A DNA stretch of 64,000 nt, taken from assembly GCA_023254095.1 (NCBI GenBank), contig JALNLM010000004.1:53642-117641 (forward strand), given 5' to 3'. Below the pieces are notes generated by a model. The model was not told the origin of the DNA. It saw only the letters and a list, made by a program, of their open reading frames with translations, and did no database searches. A program made the translations under genes and the position numbers. Positions within the stretch are counted from its first letter, which is position 1. Each line of letters starts with the position of its first letter. This DNA is from Candidatus Geocrenenecus huangii. GTDB lineage: Archaea; Thermoproteota; Nitrososphaeria_A; Caldarchaeales; Wolframiiraptoraceae. This document shows, piece after piece, positions 1 through 9,955 of this stretch.

Positions 1-207
1 ACTCTAAGAGTTTCCAAAGAAATCTCAGAACTTGTCAAGAACGTTGTAGGAGGAAAAATGATGCAGAAAATGAAGAGAGAGTACGTTGACTGCCCAGTAG
101 CGGCTAAGCAGATTCCATTCCTCGAATGTTATCTATGTGTCTCCTTCATAAGAAGAATGAGGGGGGAAGTACATTGCGCAGGGATAGAATTCAAGATAAG
201 GCAATAG
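1..207 (+). CDS. Conserved hypothetical Cys-rich protein, 5'-truncated by the window edge
   Basis: Frame 1 is open from base 1: TLRVSKEISELVKNVVGGKMMQKMKREYVDCPVAAKQIPFLECYLCVSFIRRMRGEVHCAGIEFKIRQ*. The four Cys suggest metal binding. Confidence 0.6.
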   Translation, partial: TLRVSKEISELVKNVVGGKMMQKMKREYVDCPVAAKQIPFLECYLCVSFIRRMRGEVHCAGIEFKIRQ

Positions 208-368
208 GCAGATTTCCAGCTTGTAAAGTATCGTTTTCCTAGGTAGGGAAGCAATATGCATAAGATAGCTTATAGCTAGTTGGATGCTATAAATAGCTAA
301 TCTTACATGTAGATAAAATGAAAACACCTAAATACAGTGGATTCTACCAAATAGACGAGGGGCGAAGT

Positions 369-797
369 TTGGCAGCTATAGCTTCAAAAAGGTTTAGTGA
401 TGAATTCTCATCTCTACTCGATAAGCTTGTTAGAGTAAACTTTCTGAATGGGGGGTCTCTCGAAGGTAGATTATCAGCATACAATCCTACAGATTATAGC
501 CTATGGCTATCTGATGTAAGAGATGCTTCTGGCAAACTAGTACCGAAGATATTTATCTCAGGTAGGAACATAATGTCAATAGAAGTAATCGAGGCGGGGC
601 CGCGTCTAGAGAAGCTTGCTGAGAAGCTAAATAAGGTTTTCCCGAACATGGTGAGATACGTACGTGAAGCAGACGTTATACTAGTCATGGATAGGATCAG
701 AGTAACTAAGGATGGAGTAGTCGAGGGTAGTGGACCTGCGGCTGAGAGAGTACAGAAAGTATACGAAGAATGGCTTGCCGAACAGGAAAGTGGATAA
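369..797 (+). CDS. Lsm/Sm-like RNA-binding protein with C-terminal domain (SmAP3 type)
   Basis: Sm fold (LEGRLSAYNPTDYSLWLSDV...KIFISGRNI) plus C-terminal extension (FPNMVRY...MDRIRVTKDGVVEGSGPAAERV). Likely TTG start at 369. Confidence 0.85.
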   Translation: MAAIASKRFSDEFSSLLDKLVRVNFLNGGSLEGRLSAYNPTDYSLWLSDVRDASGKLVPKIFISGRNIMSIEVIEAGPRLEKLAEKLNKVFPNMVRYVREADVILVMDRIRVTKDGVVEGSGPAAERVQKVYEEWLAEQESG

Positions 798-952
798 ACA
801 ATAGAAAGAGATAAGCTAAAGTCTCTAGAGTTAGGATAATTCTTCTCTGCCGTTTATTGGATAGAATTAATGCCTCCGTCTACCTATATCTTACCTGTAA
901 GGGGAAAGCTTTTTAAAACGTTTTTTCTCAATTGATTTGGTTGATGGAGTAG

Positions 953-2089
953 TTGGTGTTCGATATTCTGCAGATAGGCGGACAACAGGATATCCTCTCC
1001 ACCCTAGTCTCGCTCATCTGGCTACTCTTACTTCTCAGCTTCTTTCTATATCCAGGATTCAGTCAGAGGATCCAGCTATCATACATTTTAAGAGATTTAG
1101 AGAGGAAATTAAATAAGCTAAGGATTATTGACGACGATGTCAAGGATAGAACTTTAAAGGCTTTTCAAGAACATTCTGAACCAAATATAGATGTAAAAAA
1201 TGAGCTTGAAAGACTGGTAGATTCATTTATTATATCTCCTGAATCTATGGACCCGTACGGTATAGTGTATAAGCTTGAACACATCGTTAATACCTGGGAA
1301 GATAGGTTCGAGGAAGATGTGGCCAGGATCTGTTCTAAAGCGGATCCCGTAAAAGTTAAGACCTTGACAAACCTCGTCGAAGTATCTAGAGGAGTACACT
1401 TCATATATCGTTACGTCCGCCACTACTATTTGCTCGGGAAGAGAACACAGAACATCTATCTAGTCCTCCAGATGCAGATGCTCATGCCTCAGATAATGGA
1501 GATAGCTGAAGCATACAGGCAGGCGAGCTATGCTTTTGCTCAAGCTCAGCCGATAGGAGATGGGATAGGAGCTCTAGTCGTAGCAAAGCTCGTTCATGGG
1601 CTGGAGAAGAAAACCTACGAAATTGCAAAAGATACAATCGTCCACGAATTAGAACTTGATGGGAGGAAGCTTCTAATACTTAGAGCAAGTGGGCCTGGAG
1701 GCACTGTTGGGAGACCTGGTGAAGGAATTGTTAAACTGATCGAGTCGGAGGGAGATCGAGTTAAATTAATAATTACTATAGATGCCGGCTTAAAGCTTGA
1801 GGGAGAAGAGAGTGGGAAGGTAGTAGAAGGAGTAGGAGTAGCGATAGGTGGGACAGGAGTAGATAAGTTCAAGATAGAGGAGATAGCTAAGGCGAAGAGA
1901 ATACCTCTCTACGCTATAGTAATCTACGAGTCGATCACGGAGGCTATTACGCCTATGAGGGAATCGATAGTGAAAGCAGCGGACAAGATTATTGAGAAGG
2001 TCAAGCAGTTAGTCAACGAGAAAGTTGAGAAGGGGGCCACAATCATTATTGCTGGAATAGGGAATTCAGTAGGGATAGGGGTGACATAG
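953..2089 (+). CDS. DUF1512 family membrane-anchored protein
   Basis: N-terminal TM helix, DPYGIV, PIGDGIGALV, GPGGTVGRPG, IDAGLKLEGE and GIGNSVGIG motifs. Lies near map as in other TACK archaea. Confidence 0.85.
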   Translation: MVFDILQIGGQQDILSTLVSLIWLLLLLSFFLYPGFSQRIQLSYILRDLERKLNKLRIIDDDVKDRTLKAFQEHSEPNIDVKNELERLVDSFIISPESMDPYGIVYKLEHIVNTWEDRFEEDVARICSKADPVKVKTLTNLVEVSRGVHFIYRYVRHYYLLGKRTQNIYLVLQMQMLMPQIMEIAEAYRQASYAFAQAQPIGDGIGALVVAKLVHGLEKKTYEIAKDTIVHELELDGRKLLILRASGPGGTVGRPGEGIVKLIESEGDRVKLIITIDAGLKLEGEESGKVVEGVGVAIGGTGVDKFKIEEIAKAKRIPLYAIVIYESITEAITPMRESIVKAADKIIEKVKQLVNEKVEKGATIIIAGIGNSVGIGVT

Positions 2090-2135
2090 ATATCTATACT
2101 ATTCCAAGGTATATTAATAGCCTAGATACTCCTAT

Positions 2136-2366
2136 GTGGCGAGTGTAGGAGGAATGTTCCCTCAGAAACCACAACTAAATAGGTTCATCCAACCGTTAAC
2201 CCATCTAACATGCTTCTCATGCAATACTGAAAATTCTAGACCATTCAAAGATGGAGACTATGTATTCAAAGAAGTTGAAGAAAAATGTCCGAAATGCGGT
2301 TCAACAAAAATGCTCATAACAGGGATCTACATAGAAGAGAGACAGTTGAAAGAAAGAGAAAGATAA
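2136..2366 (+). CDS. Small zinc-ribbon protein
   Basis: CFSC...RPFKDGDYVFK...CPKCG...ITGIY, two CxxC pairs. Confidence 0.75.
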   Translation: MASVGGMFPQKPQLNRFIQPLTHLTCFSCNTENSRPFKDGDYVFKEVEEKCPKCGSTKMLITGIYIEERQLKERER

Positions 2367-2510
2367 TCACCTAATAATCTTCAAGGACTCTTTTCTAAAT
2401 AAACTAACAATAGAGAGCAGGTCAATCAGACTATCTTGAAGAAAAATTCTAATCATCCACTATTCCACATAGAGGATAAACCTCATCTCTAAATTATAGG
2501 GTAACATATC

Positions 2511-3407
2511 CTAGGTTATGACTTCACATCCGTTTTCCGTCACTACTACAGTGTGTTCTGCTTGAGCCACAGGTTTACCTCTTCTTTCAACCAAGACAGG
2601 GTAAGAATATATCCTCCCCGTCTTAACCATTTTCTCATGAATCTTACTAAACTTCTCGAAACCATTTATCCATCTAGGAGTATAAGGTAGACTATCAAAC
2701 TCTTCATACATATGTTCCAGGAACTTCTTCTCTTCTTCATCAAGCTTTCCAAATTTAAGTTTTCCGGCATTAATTCTATATATCGTGACAATATCTGAGG
2801 AGACTACTTCCCCTCCACCATCACTGGTCGTTGCAAAGGGCTCGATAGCGTAGATATGACCTAGCTGGAGCTTCTCACCTCTAGCTGATGCGACATTCGG
2901 TATTGAGAGACCTGCATGGAGATTATATCTGTCGATCTCGTGGCCTGTTAAGTTTCTTATCGGCTTGAAACCTCTACTAGTGATGACTTGCTGGATAACT
3001 CCACCGATAGTAGAGGTTTGAACGCCAGGCTTAATGATCTTCACAGCCTCAAGCAATGCTGTGTTAACCGCTTCGACCATTGCTTGTAATGCGGGGTCTA
3101 GAGATATTGTTATAGCTGTATCAGCGATATAGCCATCCACACAGACACCTATGTCTATCTTGACGAGTGATCTGGGGAAGATGATCGAAGTGTCCCCTAT
3201 AGTGGGCGTATAATGTGCCGCTACATCGTTTATACAGATATTACATGGGAAGGCAGGCTTAGCGCCTTCATCAATAATCAATCCTTCAAGGATGTCGCAT
3301 ACTTCGGTCAATCTTACGCCTTCTCTAGCAATACTTAGAGATTTCTCTCTAACCTTCCTAGCTACCCTGCCCGCCTGCCTCAAAGCATCTATTACAGCAT
3401 CATCCAT
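2511..3407 (-). CDS. map: Methionine aminopeptidase, type II
   Basis: AFPCNI, AAHYTP, KIDIG, DGYIADTA, NLTGH, AIEPF and QAEHT metal-ligand motifs. Confidence 0.97.
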   Translation of the reverse strand: MDDAVIDALRQAGRVARKVREKSLSIAREGVRLTEVCDILEGLIIDEGAKPAFPCNICINDVAAHYTPTIGDTSIIFPRSLVKIDIGVCVDGYIADTAITISLDPALQAMVEAVNTALLEAVKIIKPGVQTSTIGGVIQQVITSRGFKPIRNLTGHEIDRYNLHAGLSIPNVASARGEKLQLGHIYAIEPFATTSDGGGEVVSSDIVTIYRINAGKLKFGKLDEEEKKFLEHMYEEFDSLPYTPRWINGFEKFSKIHEKMVKTGRIYSYPVLVERRGKPVAQAEHTVVVTENGCEVIT

Positions 3408-3668
3408 ACATATCCCTCATCTAGCTTAACTATACTATAGCAATAATTACCATGACGTGTTTTATATTTTTCCTCAATCAATCCAGTAAGATAAGACTTA
3501 ACCGTCAGCTTTAATACTTGAACACAGAAGTGTAAGAAAATCAAGATGGCTATTCCTATTATCTGTTCTAGATTCATCCACTGTCGTTAAGTAATTTATG
3601 GAGCTGGAACAAGGTTTTAGAAGAAGTTTATTAACGAGATATAATTAGTTGAGGGGGGAAGAAGATGG

Positions 3669-4832
3669 GTGAATATCTTTGGCTCTAAGAATAATGGAGA
3701 CTTCATGGTAACCCCGTGGACGGTTGAAGGCGAAGTAGATTATAATAAACTTGTAGAAAAATTCGGGACAAGCATCATAGATGACAGGTTGATGGAGAGA
3801 TTTGTAAGTGTAGCTGGAGAAGATCACCACCTACTTAGAAGAAGGATATTCTTCTCCCATCGAGACCTAGACAGAATACTCGACGATTACGAAAGTGGTA
3901 AAGGATTCTTTCTATATACTGGAAGAGGCCCAAGCGGGCCAATGCATATAGGGCATATAATCCCATTCTATTTTACCAGGTGGCTTCAAGATAGGTTCAA
4001 GGTAAACGTCTACATCCAGCTGACCGATGATGAAAAATTCCTAGAGGAAAGTAGGGGGTTAAATCTTGAAGATACTGTCAGATGGTCTAATGAGAATGCA
4101 CTAGATATAATTGCTAGCGGATTCGACCCGGATAGGACTTTCATCTTCCAAGATACCGAATATATTAAGAACATGTATCCGATAGCTTTGAGGGTTGCCA
4201 GGAAGGTCAATTTTAGCTGGGTTAGAGCAGTCTTCGGATTCACATATGAAACAAACATAGGTTTAATCTTCTACCCAGCATTACAGATAGTCCCATCGTT
4301 ATTCGAGAAGAAGAGATGCTTAATCCCTGCAGCGATAGACCAGGACCCATACTGGAGAGTACAGAGAGATATAGCTGAATCCCTCGGATACTATAAAGCA
4401 GCCCAAATACATAGCAAGTTTCTCCCACCACTAACTGGTCCCGTTGGAAAGATGAGTGCAAGTAAACCAGAATCAGCAATATACCTTCACGACGACCCCA
4501 AAACCGTAAGAAAGAAGATCTGGCAAGCGTATTCAGGGGGTCAGCCTACGGTCGAACTTCATCGAAAGCTTGGAGGAAATCCCGAAGTAGATGTTGCATT
4601 CCAGTGGTTGTACTTCTTTTTCGAACCGGACGACTCGAAATTGAAGAAGCTGGAAGAAGATTATAGAGCCGGTAAGCTCTTAAGCGGAGAGATGAAGAAT
4701 ATACTGATCGAAAAAGTTGCCGAATTTCTTGAAGAACACCAAGAAAGAAGAAAAGAAGCTAAAGAGCTTCTCCACCTCTTCAAATATGATGGAGAACTAG
4801 CTAGAGAGATGTGGAAAAAGATCTATAAATAA
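3669..4832 (+). CDS. trpS: Tryptophanyl-tRNA synthetase
   Basis: YTGRGPS, HIGH, TDDEKFL, AIDQDPY and KMSAS motifs. Confidence 0.97.
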   Translation: MNIFGSKNNGDFMVTPWTVEGEVDYNKLVEKFGTSIIDDRLMERFVSVAGEDHHLLRRRIFFSHRDLDRILDDYESGKGFFLYTGRGPSGPMHIGHIIPFYFTRWLQDRFKVNVYIQLTDDEKFLEESRGLNLEDTVRWSNENALDIIASGFDPDRTFIFQDTEYIKNMYPIALRVARKVNFSWVRAVFGFTYETNIGLIFYPALQIVPSLFEKKRCLIPAAIDQDPYWRVQRDIAESLGYYKAAQIHSKFLPPLTGPVGKMSASKPESAIYLHDDPKTVRKKIWQAYSGGQPTVELHRKLGGNPEVDVAFQWLYFFFEPDDSKLKKLEEDYRAGKLLSGEMKNILIEKVAEFLEEHQERRKEAKELLHLFKYDGELAREMWKKIYK

Positions 4833-4999
4833 CTTACATACAATATTATCTTTTATCTACTTTAAACTCTGTGGCTGTGAGACCTACGTTATAAAACAGT
4901 ATATTCAGCTCTGGGACTTCATCAAGCAACACTGTGACCTCTTCCTCTCCCATAAACTCTGGCTCGACGTGATAGGATGAGACCTACTATGTGTCCCAT

Positions 5000-5803
5000 T
5001 CATATCCGACTATTTTTAATTTTCGATGCGAAATTCCTTATCGCAGAGATAAATTGTTCAGGTGCTTCACGGTGTGGAGAGTGCCCAGCCCCCTCTATAA
5101 TCATTAGAGTGCTTCCAGATATGGCTTTACTTATTCTAACACCATCTATTAGTGGTATTAGCCTATCATCTGATCCCCAGATGATCAGTGTTGGAACCTT
5201 TATCTCTGCAAAGTCCGAAGGTAAGAGTGGCCTCGAGATCTCATCAAGTAGCAATGTATAAAGTTGAGGGAATATGGGGTCCTCGAACATTTGCATAAAC
5301 TCTCTTAAACGTGTTTCATCAAGTCTTCCTAACCTCCCCAACAAACATTCTTGGTAGTATTTCCTCAATCTTTCTATACTCCACCGATCCTCCATATATT
5401 CTCTGATCTTTTTCGCAGGAGCATCACTCATCCCAGCAGCGTTAACTAATATGATGCCTTGAAATTTTTCACGGCATTTTTTGTATGCTTTTATCGAGAT
5501 CATGCCTCCCATTGAGTGACCAACAATGATCACTGGATAGAAGTGCGTGGACTTCATGAAAGAACATAAAAGATCTGCAAGATTGTCAAGAGTATATGGT
5601 AATAGAGGTTTATCTGATTTTCCGAATCCCGGTAAATCGATAGCGATCACGTGAAAACTTTCAGATAATCTATCGAAAACTTCCTCCCAGCTTTTAGAGG
5701 TCCCGCCAAGGCCATGAATCAGCAATAGCTTGGATGCTCCTTCGTCGCCTGATTCTAGATAATGAACTCTAAGACCGCATATTTGGAGAAAAGTCTCAAC
5801 CAT
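5000..5803 (-). CDS. Alpha/beta-fold hydrolase
   Basis: HGLGG, DLPGFGKSD, nucleophile elbow GHSMGG, WGSDD, GHSPH. Confidence 0.9.
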   Translation of the reverse strand: MVETFLQICGLRVHYLESGDEGASKLLLIHGLGGTSKSWEEVFDRLSESFHVIAIDLPGFGKSDKPLLPYTLDNLADLLCSFMKSTHFYPVIIVGHSMGGMISIKAYKKCREKFQGIILVNAAGMSDAPAKKIREYMEDRWSIERLRKYYQECLLGRLGRLDETRLREFMQMFEDPIFPQLYTLLLDEISRPLLPSDFAEIKVPTLIIWGSDDRLIPLIDGVRISKAISGSTLMIIEGAGHSPHREAPEQFISAIRNFASKIKNSRI

Positions 5804-5942
5804 GGACAGCTATCTTTCCATCGTCAGCTATTTATAAATGCATCGGTTTAAAGAAGCTCCGAGCTCTAAACAACCCGGAAGGCAGGTAGCTGTTTAATAA
5901 CATACTTGATTATCCTTTCTTTCTCACTGATTTGAGAGGGAG

Positions 5943-6839
5943 TTAGTCTTCATGCACCTTAATGTCTATAGATAGTTCAACAGGATGCTTGAGAATTAAT
6001 CTGTAACTTCCCTGTCTAGCTATAATGAGAAGCATTACGTGGTAGTATACTCCCTTCTTCTCTACTGGTGTATTCAGAACTGCCTTAACAAAACCTGTAT
6101 CAAGAGATGCGAGCTCGAACCTAAACATCTCTACATCTTCTCCAACGGTTTGGAAAACCCATGCATATACTTTGAATCTACCGAATCCCGAATTATCGGC
6201 CACATCTTCTATCTTATCGACTTGAAGAGCGAAAGACCTTGTCGAACCTTCAGCTGTAAACCAGTTAGTTGTATCTTCTGGTTCGCTAGACCCTAGATTT
6301 ACAATAGATGCATCGTAAGCTCTAGTTAATAGCCTCAAGCTAACCTTCCCGAAATCTTTAGCCTCTCTCCAACTAAACATTATTGTTAGAAGATATCTAC
6401 CAGATTCTATGGTTAAGGGAGCATCATATCCTGGTATAATCATTGTTATCCTCGGGCATGAAGTATTGACGGCCAGAATACATGGCATATCAATCTCATA
6501 GGTCTTATTACTAGATTCAAGTTTCACCTTACCGGATAAGCTAAGAGAAGTAAGCTTCTCGATCCTTGGATCAACTATTCTAAATAATAGAGAATCAACA
6601 TCATCCACTTCGATTACGGCTACTTGTCTAAATTCGCTCACGCCTTCACTACTCTGAATCTCTAAATCTAAACTTATGAAAGAGGGATTGACCTCTACTA
6701 TTGTTGAAGTAGGCGATGTAGAAGTAGTTACTGGATGGAAAATGTTTAAGTAGAGAAAGGATGAAAACACTCCAGCGACAATAAATATCGAGACGAGTAA
6801 AGCTAGATTCTTAGAAAAAGATTGCTTAGACAAGCTCAC
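5943..6839 (-). CDS. Hypothetical membrane-anchored extracellular protein
   Basis: N-terminal hydrophobic helix, then a Thr/Ser linker (TTSTSPTST) and a beta-rich domain. Confidence 0.7.
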   Translation of the reverse strand: MSLSKQSFSKNLALLVSIFIVAGVFSSFLYLNIFHPVTTSTSPTSTIVEVNPSFISLDLEIQSSEGVSEFRQVAVIEVDDVDSLLFRIVDPRIEKLTSLSLSGKVKLESSNKTYEIDMPCILAVNTSCPRITMIIPGYDAPLTIESGRYLLTIMFSWREAKDFGKVSLRLLTRAYDASIVNLGSSEPEDTTNWFTAEGSTRSFALQVDKIEDVADNSGFGRFKVYAWVFQTVGEDVEMFRFELASLDTGFVKAVLNTPVEKKGVYYHVMLLIIARQGSYRLILKHPVELSIDIKVHED

Positions 6840-6867
6840 TCACGTAAATCGAGCCGCATCCTACTAT

Positions 6868-7860
6868 TTAATAAATGCGGTTATTATTGAGGTCGTTTAT
6901 AATCTTCTTTATCTCCTTAAGCGCCCATAGTGTTCTAGGTCCTGTAGGCGCGCCTACCACTATCTGGGTGTACCCTATCTCGACTATCTCTCTAATTCTC
7001 TCCTCGAGCACTTTAGGATGCCCAACGATCGCTAATCTCTCAACCACTTCTACATCGAGGAGGTCGTATAGCTTTAGCCAATCTGCTCTCTGAACTGCTT
7101 CTCTTATCTTTACCATCTTATCTTCTTCTATATCTATACTGTCTATTATCTTTTCTGGAAGCCCTGACAGTATGTAGGCAGCGTAAGGAGTCACTGTTTT
7201 GACAGCTCTCCTAAGATCCACATCTAAGGAGATCGTTAGATACGCTGCTAAGTCGATCTCTTCTATCCTTTTACCAGCTTTCTCCACTCCCTTCATTACC
7301 TCGCCGTACGCCCATCTCAAATCTTCAACAGCTGAGTAGTTTACTAGTACGCCATCCCCTATCTCTCCACTTAATTGAAGCATCCTGGGACCTTGAGCGC
7401 CAACATACAGTAGTAAATTGCCTCTAGGGTTAAAGTCTAACCTACCATGTATATTATCTCTTAATGTTATCCTTTTCTCAGTTAATAATTTACGAATGAT
7501 TGTCGCTGCTTCTCTAACTTTCTCCAATGGCTTAACTCTTTCTATGCCAAGGCTTTCAAGAACTGTCTTGTCTCCCGCTCCTATGGCCAGTCTAACTCTT
7601 CCCGGAGCGATCTCTAGAAGTGATGCAGATAATTGAGCTATCACAAATGGGTTTACAGTGTATGGATTAACTACGCCTAGACCTATCCAGACTCTATCAA
7701 TGTTCTTCAATAAATGTGAAGCTATGATAAAGCTACTTCTATTGTGTGGATGCTCGCTTAGCCATACGCCTGGAAATCCGAGATCGCCGATAATATATGT
7801 TAATAAGTCGATCTTCCATAAAGGATCTTTTGGGACGACTTCTACTGTGAATACCGTCAT
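6868..7860 (-). CDS. F420-dependent LLM-class reductase (Mer-like)
   Basis: WLSEHPHNRS, GLGVVNPY, AIGAGD and YVGAQGPRMLQLSGEIGDGVLVN motifs, typical of the methylene-H4MPT reductase family. Confidence 0.8.
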   Translation of the reverse strand: MTVFTVEVVPKDPLWKIDLLTYIIGDLGFPGVWLSEHPHNRSSFIIASHLLKNIDRVWIGLGVVNPYTVNPFVIAQLSASLLEIAPGRVRLAIGAGDKTVLESLGIERVKPLEKVREAATIIRKLLTEKRITLRDNIHGRLDFNPRGNLLLYVGAQGPRMLQLSGEIGDGVLVNYSAVEDLRWAYGEVMKGVEKAGKRIEEIDLAAYLTISLDVDLRRAVKTVTPYAAYILSGLPEKIIDSIDIEEDKMVKIREAVQRADWLKLYDLLDVEVVERLAIVGHPKVLEERIREIVEIGYTQIVVGAPTGPRTLWALKEIKKIINDLNNNRIY

Positions 7861-8126
7861 CTCGGGTTTTCAGCCCCCAGCTCATCTAGTATCTTCTTGA
7901 ACTTTGCAGGCTCAGCTATTGACACAGCATATACGAGTTCTCCTATGAGCTCATCTCTGCTAAATCCTCCCTCCCTATAAGCTTTATTTATCTTCCATCC
8001 AACATCATCTGGAACCATCTCCAAATTAACAGAGGACAACAGTATGTCAAGTAATTCTTCCACTAGAGATCCTCTATCCTCGATTGATAGTTTCCTGATA
8101 ATTTCTAGGAATCTATCTATGCTCAT
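7857..8126 (-). CDS. Hypothetical protein, translationally coupled to the Mer-like gene
   Basis: 89-aa ORF with ATGA stop/start overlap at 7857-7860. Confidence 0.75.
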   Translation of the reverse strand: MSIDRFLEIIRKLSIEDRGSLVEELLDILLSSVNLEMVPDDVGWKINKAYREGGFSRDELIGELVYAVSIAEPAKFKKILDELGAENPR

Positions 8127-8279
8127 GTATCCTCGTATAGCTTAAGAAAATGTAGGGATTTAAAAATACTAGTATATAAAAAGCAGGGTTTAGAGACCTA
8201 TCTGAAGGGTGTTTGGCAACCCAGTTAGCATCAAATCCTACAAACCTCGTTGTAGGCCTTTAGGGGCCTATTCTCTGAG

Positions 8280-8553
8280 AGTCTACATATGCGTGGAGAC
8301 GATGAGTGAGACCTAATAGCTTTAGTTATCCGATGTACTGCATCTCATAGAGTTTGTGGACAGGCTAAAAGTCTTCTATATCATCTTGACTGATAACGTA
8401 GTGATGGTTTCAGAGCTGAGGAACCAGGTGAGTTTGGAGATTCCGTATTTTATAGGTGTCCTGAATGCGGTGCTGAGTTCTCTCTCAAAGACTTTAAGAA
8501 AGATCGTAGATAGATTAGTCGAAGGAGGGAAATCCATTAAGACGTATCTGTAG
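8280..8553 (+). pseudogene. Degraded PIN-domain (VapC-like) gene
   Basis: Fragments VYICVETMSE, LIEFVDRLKVFYII, SELRNQVSLEIP and KDFKK (shifted frame) follow the VapC motif order, interrupted by stops and frameshifts. Confidence 0.4.
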
Positions 8554-8594
8554 GAGATGTAAGAGAGATAGATTATATCATCGGTTATGATATA

Positions 8595-8768
8595 ATGATG
8601 ATAGGATACTGCATTACAATCTACGATGGCAAACCACGATATTATAGAGATGAAATATGCGATCGAATCTTTGAAGAGAGAAAGAAGTTCATATGTCCGA
8701 GATGCTACTTCACGTCATCCAATCTAGAAGATATAGTAGAAGTAAGGAATGATACACGAGTGAAGTAG
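8595..8768 (+). CDS. Small hypothetical protein with CPRC motif (57 aa, below the ORF-track cutoff)
   Basis: MMIGYCITIYDGKPRYYRDEICDRIFEERKKFICPRCYFTSSNLEDIVEVRNDTRVK*. Confidence 0.35.
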   Translation: MMIGYCITIYDGKPRYYRDEICDRIFEERKKFICPRCYFTSSNLEDIVEVRNDTRVK

Positions 8769-8854
8769 CGATAAAGATTAGTAAGTAAGATGTATTGTAT
8801 GTGTTGCTAAGCTCTTAAATTTAAAGCTTAGACATTATTACATTTGAATGGAGA

Positions 8855-9931
8855 TTGGGAGAATATTGGTTTAAGTATGGGGTTACAGAAGTTTTCGCAG
8901 ATATAAGTGACGAAGTTAGAGTTGATAAGATATCTACATCATACTCTAGTTTGAAATATGACTATTCCGTAATCTCGAAGATAGCTAACGAAATCGCCGA
9001 AGGTGAGAATATAGCCTTAATCTTTGATTATTCGTCTTCCAGAGATCTCGATCTGCTGAAGTCCCTAATCGCAGAGCTTGAGGCTAAAGGGGTTGAAAAG
9101 AACAAGTTCAGGATCTTGGCTTCTTCATGGAGGATTAATCGGAAAATCTTAGAGAAAGAAATAGAGGAGATCTTGAAACCATATAGAGGCAACATAATCT
9201 ACCCATGGAGCGAGAGCAAAGTAGAGTATAAAGGGTTCATGATCTCGAGAAGTATTATTGACTCACAAGTTAAAATCTACATATCTACGATTCTCCCACA
9301 CGGTATACTGGGATTTCCATCTATAAGCAACTCACTTAAACTTTCAGGGTGGATTAATGGAGATATAATGGATGATAGTAGTTACTGGTTTAAGTTAAGA
9401 GATGAATTAGATTTTATGGGGGTCTGCATCGCAGGCGATAATGTTTATTCTGGATATCTGTATGAGATTGAGAATGAATGCCTTAAGAACACCGTGGATA
9501 AGTATACCGTGAAGGTCGATTATGAGGCAGACATACTGCTCGTAGATGGATTAGGATGGCCGTGGGACTCGACGCTTGAGGACAGCTTACATATAGTAAA
9601 CCTGGTATGCGAGGGGGTTCGAGAAGGAGGGTTGATCGGTTTAATATCTGAGTGTAGAGAGGGGCTTGGAAGCAGCGTTTTCATAAAAGCATTGCTCTCC
9701 AAGACCTTCGAGGAAGATACTTTAGGTGTGAAAACACTCAAAAAGACCATGGAGTTGTTAGAGAAGAAGAAGCTTGCTTTTGTAACGACAATCCCTAGAA
9801 GCATCCTCGAGAAAACACTTAATTCAAGAGGTTTCGACACCGTTCAAGACCTGTTAACGTATGCTTTTAGGATTTACAGTAAACAAGCTGTAGTTAGAAT
9901 AGTTGATGGAAGTATTCGTCTTATCAAATAG
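8855..9931 (+). CDS. Divergent LarA/DUF2088 (lactate-racemase-like) protein
   Basis: N-terminal YG, PH-x3-GF, GLGWPWDSTL, VREGGLIGLISECREGLGS. Catalytic motifs look degenerate. Confidence 0.65.
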   Translation: MGEYWFKYGVTEVFADISDEVRVDKISTSYSSLKYDYSVISKIANEIAEGENIALIFDYSSSRDLDLLKSLIAELEAKGVEKNKFRILASSWRINRKILEKEIEEILKPYRGNIIYPWSESKVEYKGFMISRSIIDSQVKIYISTILPHGILGFPSISNSLKLSGWINGDIMDDSSYWFKLRDELDFMGVCIAGDNVYSGYLYEIENECLKNTVDKYTVKVDYEADILLVDGLGWPWDSTLEDSLHIVNLVCEGVREGGLIGLISECREGLGSSVFIKALLSKTFEEDTLGVKTLKKTMELLEKKKLAFVTTIPRSILEKTLNSRGFDTVQDLLTYAFRIYSKQAVVRIVDGSIRLIK

Positions 9932-9955
9932 AGTAAACTGGTCTAGAATAAGAGG

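Noticed and set aside
4852-5003. Short minus-strand frames downstream of the alpha/beta hydrolase
   Set aside because: They need a frameshift to join and show no recognisable motif.
5860-5900. SRP-RNA-like cccggaagg loop
   Set aside because: Lacks the flanking helix-8 consensus, and the gap is too short for an archaeal 7S RNA.
8186-8315. Cluster of short hairpins suggesting an ncRNA or IS200/IS605 end
   Set aside because: No recognisable family motif and no tnpA/tnpB nearby; the region runs into the degraded PIN-like reading frame.
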